A DNA stretch of 64,000 bases from an uncultured Gammaproteobacteria bacterium (GTDB lineage Bacteria > Patescibacteriota > Patescibacteriia > UBA9934): the NCBI GenBank assembly GCA_964613815.1, contig CAZTKG010000002.1, forward strand, positions 118,299 to 182,298, written 5' to 3'. A program made the translations under genes and the position numbers. Of this stretch, positions 7,445 through 17,423 are shown one piece after another. Every line of letters begins with the position of its first letter. The first letter of the stretch is position 1. The notes beneath the pieces are model-generated. The model ran no database searches, was not told the origin of the DNA, and saw only the letters and a program-made list of their open reading frames with translations.

Positions 7445-9547
7445 TTATCGAACGAGGTGCATGAGGGTGAATTTTTGTAATTCTGTTGGGGTCAGGATGG
7501 TTGCTGTTTTGGATTCTTCGTCGATGATGAAAGATGTTGTTTGAGAGAGTGCGTCTGCTGTATATTGCGTTGTTATGCTGCCATCTTTATTTACGACGAT
7601 GATGCGCGCATTTGCGCTGTCCAAGATGTATAGATAGGAGGAGTCGGGTGTTGTTTGGATATCGGTTGCAGATTGGATTGGTGGATCGATTGTTTCGGTG
7701 TTCCATGATTGTTCTTTTCCAGATGTGAGTTTTGTGATTTTTTGGTCTGAGAGGATGTAGATGTCGCCATCGATTGTGAATGCTTTTGCTGTTGAAAGTG
7801 ATGATGAAAGGCTTGTGATCCAGGCTGTTCCAGCTTCGAAGTTGTCTCCTTGAGGGCGCATTTTTATAATTTGTTCTGTTGCTGCTGAGAGGGTGTATAG
7901 ATTTCCATTGAAGAGATCTATATCTTCTGCGCTTTCGAGGTTTGGTATTCCGCTTACGATTGGATTTAGTGTCGTTGTTCCGTAGAAAAATTTACCTAGA
8001 TTTCCATCTGTGTCCAGGAAGACTTGTGCTGTGTCATCTGATGCGGATTTTGTTGGGGCTGTTATTGATCCGAATGTGGCGTCTTCTTTTGTTAATTCTC
8101 CGTCTAGGAATTGATATTGATAAACATTTTTGTCATTTGTGAATAGGTAAATGCTGTTTGCTGCAGTAAGCATGGATGAGAATTTTGAGGATTCCATTGA
8201 TGTTGCGAGGGAGGTGGTCTGGACAGGTTGAAAGCCTTGGATTGCTGCCTTGATGGTATTTATTGAGGTTGTGAGTTCGGCCGCTTTCTCTTTTCCTTCT
8301 TCTGAAAGGGTGGTGATAAGGGATTCTGCCGCGTCAAGCTGTTCTAATGCTTGGGTTTTGTTGTCGTAGATGAGGCTCGCTTCTGCCGCGTGAATGTTTT
8401 CTTCAATTTGGGTAATCGTTGTTGAGAGGAGGGATTCTGTTGTTGTTTGGGATTTTTGGAATTTTGAAAGGGATAGGCCTCCAAAAAGAAGGCATAATGC
8501 GATCATGAGTCCGAGAATTCCGTATTTTACCGGATTTCCTAGATTTGCGAGTTTTGTTTTTATTGATGTTTTTGGTTGTTTTTTTGTGGCTGTTTTTGGT
8601 TTTTCTTTTGTTTCTTTTTTCCGAATTGGGATCGCGATTGTTTTGATGATTGTTCGAATTGTGCGTTTGATTGTTGTTTTTGGTCCTTTGGTTCCTGGCG
8701 CGAAGAGTTTTTTGGTGAGAGGCGTGATGTATTTTTTGGTTAGAGATGTTACTTCTAGAGTTTGTTCATTCAGTAGGGAGGCGGTTGTGTTTTGTGTTTG
8801 ATCTAGCTCGTTGATGGACATCATTGGGTTTACTTTTTTCGGCGGTCCTTTTGGTTCGATGGTTATTGCTTGGAATGTAATTCCAGCATAAGGGGTGTTG
8901 ATGCCGATGTGTTGTTCGATGCGTTTTAGGGCTCCTGCCGGAGGGAGAGTAACGAGAATGTTTTGGAGTTCTTCTTGGTGAATTTCTCTTGTTGGGACTC
9001 TTGTTGCGAGATAAAAAATGTCTCCCGGATTGATTTCGCCATCAAGGATGGTGATGAATGGTTTTTCCCAATTTTGTTCATTGTCTTGAAATTGTTCCGA
9101 AAGTTCGTAGATGGTGAATCGTTTTTGGTTGGTTTTGTGCAGAAAAACTGTGGGGAGATTTCCGATTCCGCTGAGGAAAATTTGGTTTTTCCAAATGAGA
9201 CCAATGACACCGTTGAAGTCTTGAATGTTGATGTGCGTGTGTTTTTCTGTGTGTTCGGCGATGGTTTGGTTGATTTCTGCAAGAGTTTGTTCGAAGTTTC
9301 GTGCAGGGCTTGTTCCTGGTTTTAGTTCTTTTATGATTGTTTTTGTTTTTTTGATGATGGCTTCTGCGAGGAGTTTTTTGGATTCGTTCTGACGACCATT
9401 GATTTGAATAAGCCCGAACATGCTCCCTTTTTTGTGAGGGAATTGGTCGAGAACGATTGATAGCGTTGTTTTATCTGTTTCGCGCTCGGAAAGGAGTTTG
9501 GCGGATTTGATGATGAGTTTGCTCATTTTGATTTTCCGTTCTAACAT
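7445..9547 (-). CDS. Large hypothetical membrane protein: cytoplasmic N-domain, one TM helix, Lys/Thr-rich linker, extracytoplasmic beta-propeller-like repeats
   Basis: A 700-aa ORF. It has a TM helix (GILGLMIALCLLFGGL) and repeated YILD..N.RIIVVNKDG-type (NHL-like) segments near the C-terminus. Confidence 0.5.
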   Translation of the reverse strand: MLERKIKMSKLIIKSAKLLSERETDKTTLSIVLDQFPHKKGSMFGLIQINGRQNESKKLLAEAIIKKTKTIIKELKPGTSPARNFEQTLAEINQTIAEHTEKHTHINIQDFNGVIGLIWKNQIFLSGIGNLPTVFLHKTNQKRFTIYELSEQFQDNEQNWEKPFITILDGEINPGDIFYLATRVPTREIHQEELQNILVTLPPAGALKRIEQHIGINTPYAGITFQAITIEPKGPPKKVNPMMSINELDQTQNTTASLLNEQTLEVTSLTKKYITPLTKKLFAPGTKGPKTTIKRTIRTIIKTIAIPIRKKETKEKPKTATKKQPKTSIKTKLANLGNPVKYGILGLMIALCLLFGGLSLSKFQKSQTTTESLLSTTITQIEENIHAAEASLIYDNKTQALEQLDAAESLITTLSEEGKEKAAELTTSINTIKAAIQGFQPVQTTSLATSMESSKFSSMLTAANSIYLFTNDKNVYQYQFLDGELTKEDATFGSITAPTKSASDDTAQVFLDTDGNLGKFFYGTTTLNPIVSGIPNLESAEDIDLFNGNLYTLSAATEQIIKMRPQGDNFEAGTAWITSLSSSLSTAKAFTIDGDIYILSDQKITKLTSGKEQSWNTETIDPPIQSATDIQTTPDSSYLYILDSANARIIVVNKDGSITTQYTADALSQTTSFIIDEESKTATILTPTELQKFTLMHLVR

Positions 9548-9596
9548 GCACAGTATATCGCATGAATTCAGGTTTGAATACGTATTTTATCTTTGT

Positions 9597-10274
9597 ATGC
9601 CCAAGGTTAGCACAAAGGAATTGGAGACGAAAAAAGAGGAGGCACCAGAAGGAGAGTTTGGTATTGTGAATTTGTTTGGATCAAAAACTCGTGTTCGGTT
9701 GCTTTCGTTGTTTTTGGATAATGCAGATCGATGTTTTTATGTCCGTGAGTTGACGCGAAAGATTGATGCGCAGCTTAACTCTGTGCGACGTGAGCTGACG
9801 AATTTGGTTGGGCTTGGAATTGTTTTGGAGGTTGAAGGGACGATTGTTCCTGGGGAGAAGATGGTTGCGAAAAAGAAGACGGATAAGAAGAAGTATTATC
9901 GTGCGAATGATCAGTTTACGTTTTTTGCAGAGCTTCGGAGCATTATGAAGAAGTCTGTTTTGATGATGAACAAGGTGCTTGTGGCGGATTTGGAGGCAGT
10001 TGGAACGCTGGATCTTTTGCTTCTTACGGGGAGGTTTTTGGATCAGGATGAGTCGCCGACGGATGTTTTGATCGTGGGAGATATTGCGGCTGGACCTTTA
10101 AAGAAGGCTATTGGAGAGTTTGAGAAGCGGATTGGGCATGAGGTGAATTATACGCTTATGCCTCGTGAAGAATTTTTGTATCGGCGAGATGTGAAAGATC
10201 GATTTCTTTTGTCTTGTTTGAATGTTGATAAGGTTGCGGTGGTGAATAATTTTCCTGATGGGCAATATTTATGA
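9597..10274 (+). CDS. Winged-HTH plus nucleotidyltransferase-like domain protein (hypothetical)
   Basis: The wHTH-like segment is RELTRKIDAQLNSVRRELTNLVGLGIV. C-terminal DLLLLTGRF...VLIVGDI resembles a minimal nucleotidyltransferase fold. The start at ATG 9597 is inferred. Confidence 0.35.
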   Translation: MPKVSTKELETKKEEAPEGEFGIVNLFGSKTRVRLLSLFLDNADRCFYVRELTRKIDAQLNSVRRELTNLVGLGIVLEVEGTIVPGEKMVAKKKTDKKKYYRANDQFTFFAELRSIMKKSVLMMNKVLVADLEAVGTLDLLLLTGRFLDQDESPTDVLIVGDIAAGPLKKAIGEFEKRIGHEVNYTLMPREEFLYRRDVKDRFLLSCLNVDKVAVVNNFPDGQYL

Positions 10275-10690
10275 GGTTGTATGTGAATGGAAGAGATATT
10301 CGTAAGATTGGGTTTGCGGTGGTTGAGGAGGGGGGATTTCGGGATTTGGAGGTTGTGGATTGTGGACCTTCTGCGTATCTAAAACAGCTTGATGCGTATT
10401 TGAAGCGGCGTTCATTTTTGCTTGACGATGTGGATCTTTTTTATGTGGTTGTTGGGCCAGGATCGCCGACGGCTTTGCGAGCGAGTTTATCAATTGTAAA
10501 TACAATCGCTTGGGTTCGCGAAATTCCTGTGGTAGCTGTGGAACAGGGTGGAGATGATGAGGATTCTGACACGCTTGAAGAATTGATGGGTGGGTATGAA
10601 CAAGTTGACATGAGCACGTATTTTGCGGAACCTGTGTATGGAAGGGGGCCTGGAGTTACTGTTTCAACTAAAGATCGGCTTAGGCAATAA
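10271..10690 (+). CDS. tsaB: tRNA threonylcarbamoyladenosine biosynthesis protein TsaB-like (short form)
   Basis: The GPGSPTALRASLSIVNTIAW motif matches the TsaB/YeaZ GPGSFTGLRIG signature. It is only 139 aa, as seen in reduced genomes. Confidence 0.5.
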   Translation: MRLYVNGRDIRKIGFAVVEEGGFRDLEVVDCGPSAYLKQLDAYLKRRSFLLDDVDLFYVVVGPGSPTALRASLSIVNTIAWVREIPVVAVEQGGDDEDSDTLEELMGGYEQVDMSTYFAEPVYGRGPGVTVSTKDRLRQ

Positions 10691-10720
10691 GTTGGTCGTC
10701 TATAAAATAACGAGAGCAAT

Positions 10721-11478
10721 ATGAATACTGTTCCAGATTATGTTGATGTGTTGCGATCAGCTTTTGTAGACCTATGGGCGGGGGTAGTGTCTTTTCTTCC
10801 AAAGCTGATTTTGGCGGTGATTGTTTTTTTAGTGGGATTGTTTTTGGCTGGGCTTTTGCGGACCGCTGTTGTGCGGATTGTGAAGATGCTTCGGCTTGAT
10901 GAGCTTTTGGAAAAGCTTGAAGTTAAGGCGAGTTTTTCTAAGATGGGGATCAAGCTTGATTTGGGGGAATTTCTAGGATGGCTTGTGAAGTGGTTTATCA
11001 TCATTCTTGTTTTGATTGCTGCTGCAGATGTGTTGCAGTGGGGTCAGGTGACGGTATTTTTGACACAAGTTGTTGGATATTTGCCGAATGTGATGATTGC
11101 GGTGATTATTTTGCTTGTTGGATTTATTTTGGGGAATTTTGTGCAGACAGTTGTGCAGGCAGCGGTTGATGCGGCGGAAATGAAGAATGCGCAGTTTTTG
11201 AGTGGGATTGCGAAGTGGGCGATTATTGTATTCAGCTTTATGGCTGCGCTTGTTCAGCTTGGGATTGCGGAGAGTTTGATCAGCGTACTTTTTACCGGTT
11301 TTGTGGCGATGATTGCGCTTGCTGGGGGGCTTGCGTTAAGGCTGAGCTTGTTCTCGATAAGCTTGCGAAGGATATTATGAGTCGTGATAGCGTGAAGGAG
11401 ATGAAGCGTGAGGAGAAGGTTCATTATGAGGATGTTGGGGGGAGCGATCACGCTGTGGGGGAGACGATTTCGCTTTAA
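10721..11478 (+). pseudogene. TM-helix-repeat (MscS N-terminal-like) membrane protein, apparent -1 frameshift at a G6 tract (~11325-11330); ORF 10721-11380 plus continuation 11323-11478
   Basis: The conserved TM helix repeat pattern reads through 11380. A second frame continues a protein-like C-terminus (KAELVLDKLAKDIMSRDSVKEMKREEK...). Adding one G at the G6 run joins the two frames. Confidence 0.4.
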
Positions 11479-11534
11479 GGATATTTAGAGAAAAAGATAG
11501 ACCCTGCCAGGCTGATGTTTGGCAGGGTTTTGGA

Positions 11535-12212
11535 TTAGGTTAAAATTTGCGTGTAGATGATGAGCATGATGGCGGCGTCGGCGAAGGCGTGGGCGATCCA
11601 GGGGGTGAGGAGGGATTTGGTGTATCGATAGAGGTAGCACCAGATGAGGCCTCCTGTGAAGACGGCGAGGGTGCCTAGAATGGTTGGGCCGATGGCGAGG
11701 ATGGTGCTGAGAATGACGATGTGGTGGAGGGTGAAGAGGGCGGAGGAGATAAGAGCGGCGGGCCAGAATGTGTGATTGACGGTGAGGCCTCGGAAGATGA
11801 ACCAGCGCCAGAAGTATTCTTCGATGAGAGAATGGGCGAGGGAGAGGAAGATGGCGAAGGGGATGAAATAGTTGAGGATGCCGAGGGAGGTGAGTTTGGT
11901 GGTGACGAGAGGTTTGAGAGCTTGGGGGTCGGGGATGATGAGTGGATGTGCGAGGTAGATGAAGAGGAAGGTGGCGACGCCGGTGATGAGGCCTAGGGCG
12001 ATTTGGCCTGATTTAGGTGTAGTTGGGTTCCATTTTGTGATTTTTGGGCCGTATTTTAAAACGAAGATTGGGGTGATTAAGATCAGAATTTTGGTGAGGG
12101 TGTAGGAGAGGGTGGCAAAGGTAGAGTCTGGGGCGATTTTGAAATAGAGGAGGGATCCTACGAGTTGGATGAGGCCGGCGAGGACGAGAATGGTTGTGAG
12201 GCGGTTTTTCAT
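11535..12212 (-). CDS. CPBP family intramembrane metalloprotease (CAAX protease / Abi family)
   Basis: It carries the EEYFWRWF (EExxxR), FTLHH (FxxxH) and HAFAD motifs and is multi-TM. The start is inferred at the internal ATG (MKNRLTT). Confidence 0.7.
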   Translation of the reverse strand: MKNRLTTILVLAGLIQLVGSLLYFKIAPDSTFATLSYTLTKILILITPIFVLKYGPKITKWNPTTPKSGQIALGLITGVATFLFIYLAHPLIIPDPQALKPLVTTKLTSLGILNYFIPFAIFLSLAHSLIEEYFWRWFIFRGLTVNHTFWPAALISSALFTLHHIVILSTILAIGPTILGTLAVFTGGLIWCYLYRYTKSLLTPWIAHAFADAAIMLIIYTQILT

Positions 12213-12351
12213 ACATTTTGAGTATACTAGATATTGACGATTGAGGGGGTTTTGGGTATGATCTGCGCACGAAGATAAGGTTGTCCTGGACCCCACGTCG
12301 CCCGGCGGAGCCGCGTTATGTTAGGGATTGATCCGGGATCGATTTCGTCGC

Positions 12352-12425
12352 TCCCGGATCGTCTAATGGCAGGACGCCTGGTTTTGGTCCAGGTAATCGG
12401 GGTTCGAATCCCTGTCCGGGAACCA
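12352..12425 (+). tRNA. tRNA-Gln (anticodon UUG), CCA encoded
   Basis: Manual fold gives acceptor TCCCGGA/TCCGGGA, D-arm GTCT-AATGGCA-GGAC, anticodon arm CCTGG-TTTTGGT-CCAGG, T-arm CGGGG-TTCGAAT-CCCTG, discriminator A and CCA. Confidence 0.8.
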
Positions 12426-12430
12426 AAGCA

Positions 12431-12461
12431 AAAAAGCTATCCTTGGATAGCTTTTTTGCTT
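12431..12461 (+). terminator. Rho-independent terminator after tRNA-Gln
   Basis: AAAAAAGCTATCCTTGGATAGCTTTTTTG. Confidence 0.75.
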
Positions 12462-12519
12462 TGTGTTTTCGGGGAGGGCTGCCCTGCGTAGCCCCTAACG
12501 CAGCCTTGGCGAAGTGGGG

Positions 12520-12534
12520 TCCGGGAACCAAAGA
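12520..12534. repeat. 15-bp direct duplicate of the tRNA-Gln 3' end (GTCCGGGAACCAAAG)
   Basis: It is identical to 12414-12428. This is a classic att-like signature about 100 bp downstream of the tRNA. Confidence 0.5.
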
Positions 12535-12599
12535 AAGAACGTCGCGTATGCGGTGTTTTTTCTTTGGTTCAATGGAGGATTTTTGTTATTCTTTCTGGG

Positions 12600-13175
12600 A
12601 TGTTTGATGAAGTTGAGTATTGTGGCCAAATTTTTGAGAACTTTGTATTGGCCGAGGTAGATGTTCGGTTTAAGAATTTTGAACGATGTGTGTTTAAGAG
12701 GTGTGATTTTTCGGGGTGTGATTTTGTGGGTTCGGAGTTTTCTGACTGTGTATTTGATCATTGTACTGTGAGTCTTGGAAAATTTGTTGATTGTGGTTTT
12801 CGAGATGTGGTGTTTAAACATTCGAAGCTTATTGGGGTGGATTTATCGAAATGTTCTGTTAATTTTTTTGATCTTGGGTTTGAAAAGTGTTTGATAGAGA
12901 CATGTGGATTTTCTGGATTACCTATGTCGGAGACAGTTTTTGAGGAGTGCGTGATTCGCGAGTGTGGTTTTGGTGAGGCGAATTTATCGAAGGCGGTTTT
13001 TGATGATTGTGATTTGGAGGGGACGTTATTTCATGGTGCAAAATTGGATGGGGCGAATTTTTCTCGTGCTAGAAATTATACGATTAATCCAGCTTCGAAT
13101 TCGATCAAGGGGGCTAAATTTTCGTTACCTGAGGCCGTATCTCTTCTTGGTGGGTTTGATATTGAGTTAGTTTAG
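12600..13175 (+). CDS. Pentapeptide-repeat protein (Qnr/MfpA-like fold)
   Basis: There are tandem A(D/N)LxX-type pentapeptide repeats throughout (CDFSGCDFVGSEFSDCVFDHC...). TTG at 12564 is an alternative start. Confidence 0.7.
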   Translation: MFDEVEYCGQIFENFVLAEVDVRFKNFERCVFKRCDFSGCDFVGSEFSDCVFDHCTVSLGKFVDCGFRDVVFKHSKLIGVDLSKCSVNFFDLGFEKCLIETCGFSGLPMSETVFEECVIRECGFGEANLSKAVFDDCDLEGTLFHGAKLDGANFSRARNYTINPASNSIKGAKFSLPEAVSLLGGFDIELV

Positions 13176-13183
13176 TCTGGTTT

Positions 13184-13942
13184 TTATTTTCCTGACCAAT
13201 GCAGTGTTTTCTTTTCGATTGCGATGAAGCAAGAATTAAATAGAAAACCTAAGAGACCGGTTAGGATGATAGCGGCGTACATTTCGGGAAGTTTGTAGAC
13301 CATTTGGTAGTTGAGGATTTTGAAGCCTAGGCCAATGTTGGTGCCGGCGAACATTTCTGCGACAACGACGAGGACGAAGGAGAAGGAGAGGCCGATGCGG
13401 AGGCCGGCGAAGATGGATGGGAGGGATTCTTTGAGGATGATGTTCCAGAAAATGAAGGGTTTTGAGGCTCCGTGGACGCGGAACCAGTCGATTCTGGCTT
13501 GTTTGACGGAGCGGGCGCCGTAGATGGTGTTGATGATGATGACGAGGGATGCGGCGTAGATGACGATGGCATATTTTGATTCGTCGCCGATGCCTAAAAT
13601 TAAAAGAAATAGGGGGAGGAGGGCGGTGGCGGGGATGGAGCGGAAGAAGTCGATGGTGGAGCGGGTGGCGAGGTCTAGAGGTTTTGAGCGACCGATGAGG
13701 AGGCCGAGGGGGACGGCGATGGCGCTTGAGATGAAGAAGCCGATGAGGGAGCGTTTGGTGGTGGTGAGGATGTCGGGGGTGATTTCGTTTGTGGTGATCC
13801 AGGTTGTGAGGACGGTGAAGATGTCTTGTGGGGGTGGGAGGAAGAAGGGGTCGATGAGTTCTAGGTGGGTGATGAGGAGCCATGCAAGAATCAAAAAAAC
13901 TGGGAGGGCGATGAAATATGTTGTTGTTTTGATTTTATTCAT
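13184..13942 (-). CDS. ABC transporter permease (NitT/TauT / SsuC-like family)
   Basis: Six TM helices and the binding-protein-dependent permease EAA-like loop ([22 protein letters not shown]). It overlaps the start of the downstream ATPase gene. Confidence 0.8.
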   Translation of the reverse strand: MNKIKTTTYFIALPVFLILAWLLITHLELIDPFFLPPPQDIFTVLTTWITTNEITPDILTTTKRSLIGFFISSAIAVPLGLLIGRSKPLDLATRSTIDFFRSIPATALLPLFLLILGIGDESKYAIVIYAASLVIIINTIYGARSVKQARIDWFRVHGASKPFIFWNIILKESLPSIFAGLRIGLSFSFVLVVVAEMFAGTNIGLGFKILNYQMVYKLPEMYAAIILTGLLGFLFNSCFIAIEKKTLHWSGK

Positions 13943-14669
13943 AGCCTTTTTCGAAGAGGGTGAGAACTTGGTTGCGGAGTTTGAAGAATTCTGGGGATTT
14001 GAGGGCTTCGAGGGTTCTTGGGCGTGGGAGGTTAATGTCGATGGTGCCCATGATGTTGGTTGGGGCTTTTGAGAGGACGGTGATTTTGTCGCTGAGGAAG
14101 ATGGCTTCGTCGATGTTGTGGGAGACGATGAGGGTGGTGGGTTTGTGATTATTCCAGAATGTTAAGAATTCTAGCCAGTGGATGCGGGAGTTGCTGTAGT
14201 CTAGGGCGGAGAATGGTTCGTCGAGGAGGAGGGTTTTGGGTTTATGGATGAGTTCTCGTGATAGTGCGAGGGATTGAGCGAGGCCTCCGGAGAGTTGGTA
14301 GGGGTATTTGTTTTGATGGGATTTTAGATTGAAACGGTTTAGAGCTTCTGTTTTTTGTTGGTTGGTGGCGTTTTTGATGTTTGCGAAGAGGGTGAGGTTG
14401 TGTTTGACGGTGTTCCAGGGGAGGAGGGTGTCTCGGTAGTTTTGGAAGAGAAAGCCGATGGGTTTTTGGGAGGTGGTTGATCCTGACTGAACTTGTTCTT
14501 GGCCTGCGATGATTTTGAGGAGCGTGCTTTTTCCGCTGCCGTTTGGGCCGAAGATGGCGTGGATGGAGCCTTCTTTTATGGTGAGGGAAAAACCCTGCAG
14601 GACTTGCAGAGTTTTTTTGGTTGGGTCTGTGTAGGATTTGTTTATTGAATTTATGATGAGATTGTTCAT
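13935..14669 (-). CDS. ABC transporter ATP-binding protein (SsuB/TauB-like)
   Basis: Walker [13 protein letters not shown] signature LSGGLAQ, Walker B LLLDEP. It is in an operon with the permease. Confidence 0.85.
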   Translation of the reverse strand: MNNLIINSINKSYTDPTKKTLQVLQGFSLTIKEGSIHAIFGPNGSGKSTLLKIIAGQEQVQSGSTTSQKPIGFLFQNYRDTLLPWNTVKHNLTLFANIKNATNQQKTEALNRFNLKSHQNKYPYQLSGGLAQSLALSRELIHKPKTLLLDEPFSALDYSNSRIHWLEFLTFWNNHKPTTLIVSHNIDEAIFLSDKITVLSKAPTNIMGTIDINLPRPRTLEALKSPEFFKLRNQVLTLFEKGYE

Positions 14670-14776
14670 TTGATGATGAGTTCTGACATGTCGATTTGGG
14701 ATTTTGGTGACATTGTTTAAAGTATTCGCTTTGAACGGGGATTTGTCAACGAAAAATCGATGCGTTGTTGCATCGA

Positions 14777-15127
14777 TTATTTTGCAGTTTCTAGGACTTC
14801 TACTCTTGTTTGGAGTCTGTCGGCTCTGTGGGTGAATGCCGCGTGTTCGGATTCGTAGTCTTTGTGTCTTGCGGCCAGGCCATCGACGAGAGGGTAGATT
14901 TCGCTTTTGAATTGTTTGAAATCGTCTTTTGTTGGGTGGTTTTTGAGTTCTTCTTTGATGATACCTCTCACGATGGTGATCATTTCGTTTCGCGTGGCGT
15001 AGTCTTTGAGTTTTTCGTTGAATTTCTTTTCAAGTTTTTTCTCTAGGATGAGTTCTAGTTCAGCTCTTGTCACCATGTTTTGCATGATGAATTGGAGCAT
15101 TTCTTGGATGGATTGTTGTTCTTGCAT
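14777..15127 (-). CDS. Hypothetical protein (116 aa, coiled-coil rich)
   Basis: A clean ORF with host-like codon usage and no recognisable motif. Confidence 0.4.
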   Translation of the reverse strand: MQEQQSIQEMLQFIMQNMVTRAELELILEKKLEKKFNEKLKDYATRNEMITIVRGIIKEELKNHPTKDDFKQFKSEIYPLVDGLAARHKDYESEHAAFTHRADRLQTRVEVLETAK

Positions 15128-15206
15128 AGCGTATGTACTGTAGCATATGCGATTTTTGGGAAATGAAAATTTCAGTAGGTTTTTGTCAATATTTGTAATG
15201 AAATAC

Positions 15207-15235
15207 TTGACAGAGTGTATATTTTATGGTATTGT
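15207..15235 (+). promoter_or_regulatory. Sigma70-like promoter TTGACA-N17-TGG-TATTGT
   Basis: It has the same architecture as the promoters at 5272, 18908 and 19255. Confidence 0.5.
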
Positions 15236-15258
15236 TTTTTGTTCTTTTGGAGGGAGCG

Positions 15259-15504
15259 ATGGCGAAGTTGAGAGTTCCTGCTGCTGAGACGAGGGTGTCT
15301 CTTTCGGATGTGGAGGTGAAGCCTCCTACGTTCAAAGAGATGTTGGTCGCTTTCGTGGTGGTGATGGTGATTTGCGCGGGTGGGATTTTGCTCGGATGGG
15401 CGATCCTCGAGGCGTTGGCCACGATCCCGTTTTCGGGGGATGGCGGCGGCATCGAGCCGTGTCGCAGTCCTTGCGGCGGCGGTAATCCCCGTGGCTACAT
15501 CTAG
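15259..15504 (+). CDS. Small hypothetical membrane protein (81 aa), GC-rich
   Basis: GGAGGGA RBS, ATG at 15259, one TM helix and a Gly/Cys-rich tail. It has atypical GC-rich codons. Confidence 0.3.
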   Translation: MAKLRVPAAETRVSLSDVEVKPPTFKEMLVAFVVVMVICAGGILLGWAILEALATIPFSGDGGGIEPCRSPCGGGNPRGYI

Positions 15505-15599
15505 GTCGACAATTCTTGTTCGGCTGTTACGCTCCTGATGATTCAGGGGCGTTTCTTATTGGAGGATTTTTTGATTTGGTTGCGTGGTATGATGGTGGC

Positions 15600-17379
15600 A
15601 TGAAAGAAGAAAAAGTGAATTATCGTCAGGTTTTTAAAATGTATTGGCCCTCTGTTCGAAAGCAATGGAAGTTTATTTTTTTGTTTGTACCGCTTGGGAT
15701 GGTTACGGCGGGGCTTGTGGTGGCGGAACCGTATATTTATGGATCGGTGATTGATAGTTTGATTTTTTCTGTTCAAGAACAGCTTGGTTGGGAGGCTGGA
15801 TTTGCGGTTTTGGTGCCGTTTTTGATTGCTTGGGCGGGACTTGTGGTTGGGCAGACGTTTCTTGGGGCGTTGTATCGATATTGGGTTTGGTCGGTTGATA
15901 ATGAGATTTTGTTTGGGTTTGCGTCGGATTGGTTTCGGAAGGTTATGCGGCTTGATGTTGGGCGGTTTCGGGAAGAAAAGGCTGGCGGGCTTTTGCGGCG
16001 GTTCAATGCGGCTTGGGATGCGAGTTGGCGGGTGGTGGAGTTTTCTCTTTCGACGGTTTTGCAATCGGTGTTTTTGTTTTTTGCGGGGCTTGGGATGGGG
16101 GTGTTTATTGATTGGCGCATGACGCTTATTGCGCTTATTCCGTTGCCGATTGTAGTGACGATTGGGGTTTTTAACATGATGCTTACGGAGAAATGGCAGC
16201 GGATTGTGGAGGGATATTGGGATAAGGCGAGTGGGCTTGTTGGGGATGTGTTTATCAATATTAATGCGGTAAAGTCGTTTGTTGGAGAGGGGCGGATTGC
16301 GAAGCGGTATCGAAAGATTCACCGGCATGCGATTGATCATCAGCTGCCTGTTAATAAGCGTTGGGCGACTTCGGAGGCGCTTCAGGGGGCGGTTTATGTT
16401 GGGGGGGCGACTTGTGGTGTTTTTGGTGGGATCTTATTTTGTGCTTGGCGGAACGCTTACGCCGGGGGCTTTGATTACGTTCTTAGGACTTTCTGCGTTT
16501 ATTAGTAGTAGCGTGCAAAATGTGGTGAATCAGCTTTCGAATATTTCGCTTCAGCTTGTGCGGATGAATCGGGCGGCGCAGTTGTATTTTGAGGAGCCGG
16601 CGGTGAAGGATTTGGATCGGACGCGGCGATTAAAGCAGGTTCGTGGGGCGGTGGTGTTTGATGATGTGTCGTTTGCGTATTCGAATGGTGAGGCCGTGCT
16701 TCGGGATGTGACGTTTGAGGTTCCTGCAGGAAAGACGGTGGCGCTTGTTGGGGAGAGTGGGGCTGGAAAGAGTACGCTTGCGCAGATGATGACGCGGTTT
16801 CATGATCCGATTGAGGGGGCGGTAAAGATTGATGGGGTGGATATTCGAGAGATGAAGTTGGAGTTTTTGCGGAAGCATGTTGGATTTGTGATGCAGGATA
16901 ATATGCTGTTTCATGATTCGATTTTGGATAATATTCGATTTGCGAAGCCTGGGGCGAGTAAGGATGCGGTAATTCGGGCGGCGCGGAAGGCGCAGGCGCA
17001 TGACTTTATTAAAACTTTGAAAGGTGGGTATGACACGATTGTTGGGGAGCGAGGAGTGAAGCTGTCTGGTGGGCAGAAGCAGCGGATTGCGCTTGCTCGG
17101 GTGTTTTTGGCTGATCCTCCGGTGCTTGTGCTTGATGAGGCGACGAGCGCGCTTGATAGTAAGACGGAGCATGCACTTCAGGCGGCGCTTGAGGGGGTGA
17201 TGAAGGATCGGACGACGATTGTGATTGCGCATCGTTTGAGTACGGTGATGGGGGCGGATGAGATTTTGGTGATGGATAAGGGGCGTGTGGTAGATCGTGG
17301 GACGCATGCTCAATTGATTCGTCGGAAGGATGGGCTGTATAAGGAGTATTGGAAAATACAGGCAGGAGGATACATGTGA
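15600..17379 (+). pseudogene. ABC exporter, MsbA/lipid-A-type (TMD + NBD), interrupted by an apparent +1 frameshift in a G7 tract (16402-16408)
   Basis: ORF 15516-16505 encodes TM helices 1-5 and ORF 16279-17379 encodes TM6 plus the NBD (Walker A GESGAGKST, LSGGQKQR, Walker B VLVLDEAT). Removing one G from GGGGGGG yields a continuous protein ...AVYVGGRLVVFLVGSYFVLGGTLTPGALITF.... Confidence 0.6.
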
Positions 17380-17423
17380 TGTCTCACTGAAGGTTTTTTT
17401 TAGATATGCTAAACTAAGGCCCT

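Noticed and set aside
12281-12351. Second tRNA immediately upstream of tRNA-Gln (GATCCGGGATCGATTTCGTCGCTCCCGGATC region)
   Set aside because: It contains an inverted copy of the acceptor sequence but cannot be folded into a cloverleaf, as no D, anticodon or T arms are present.
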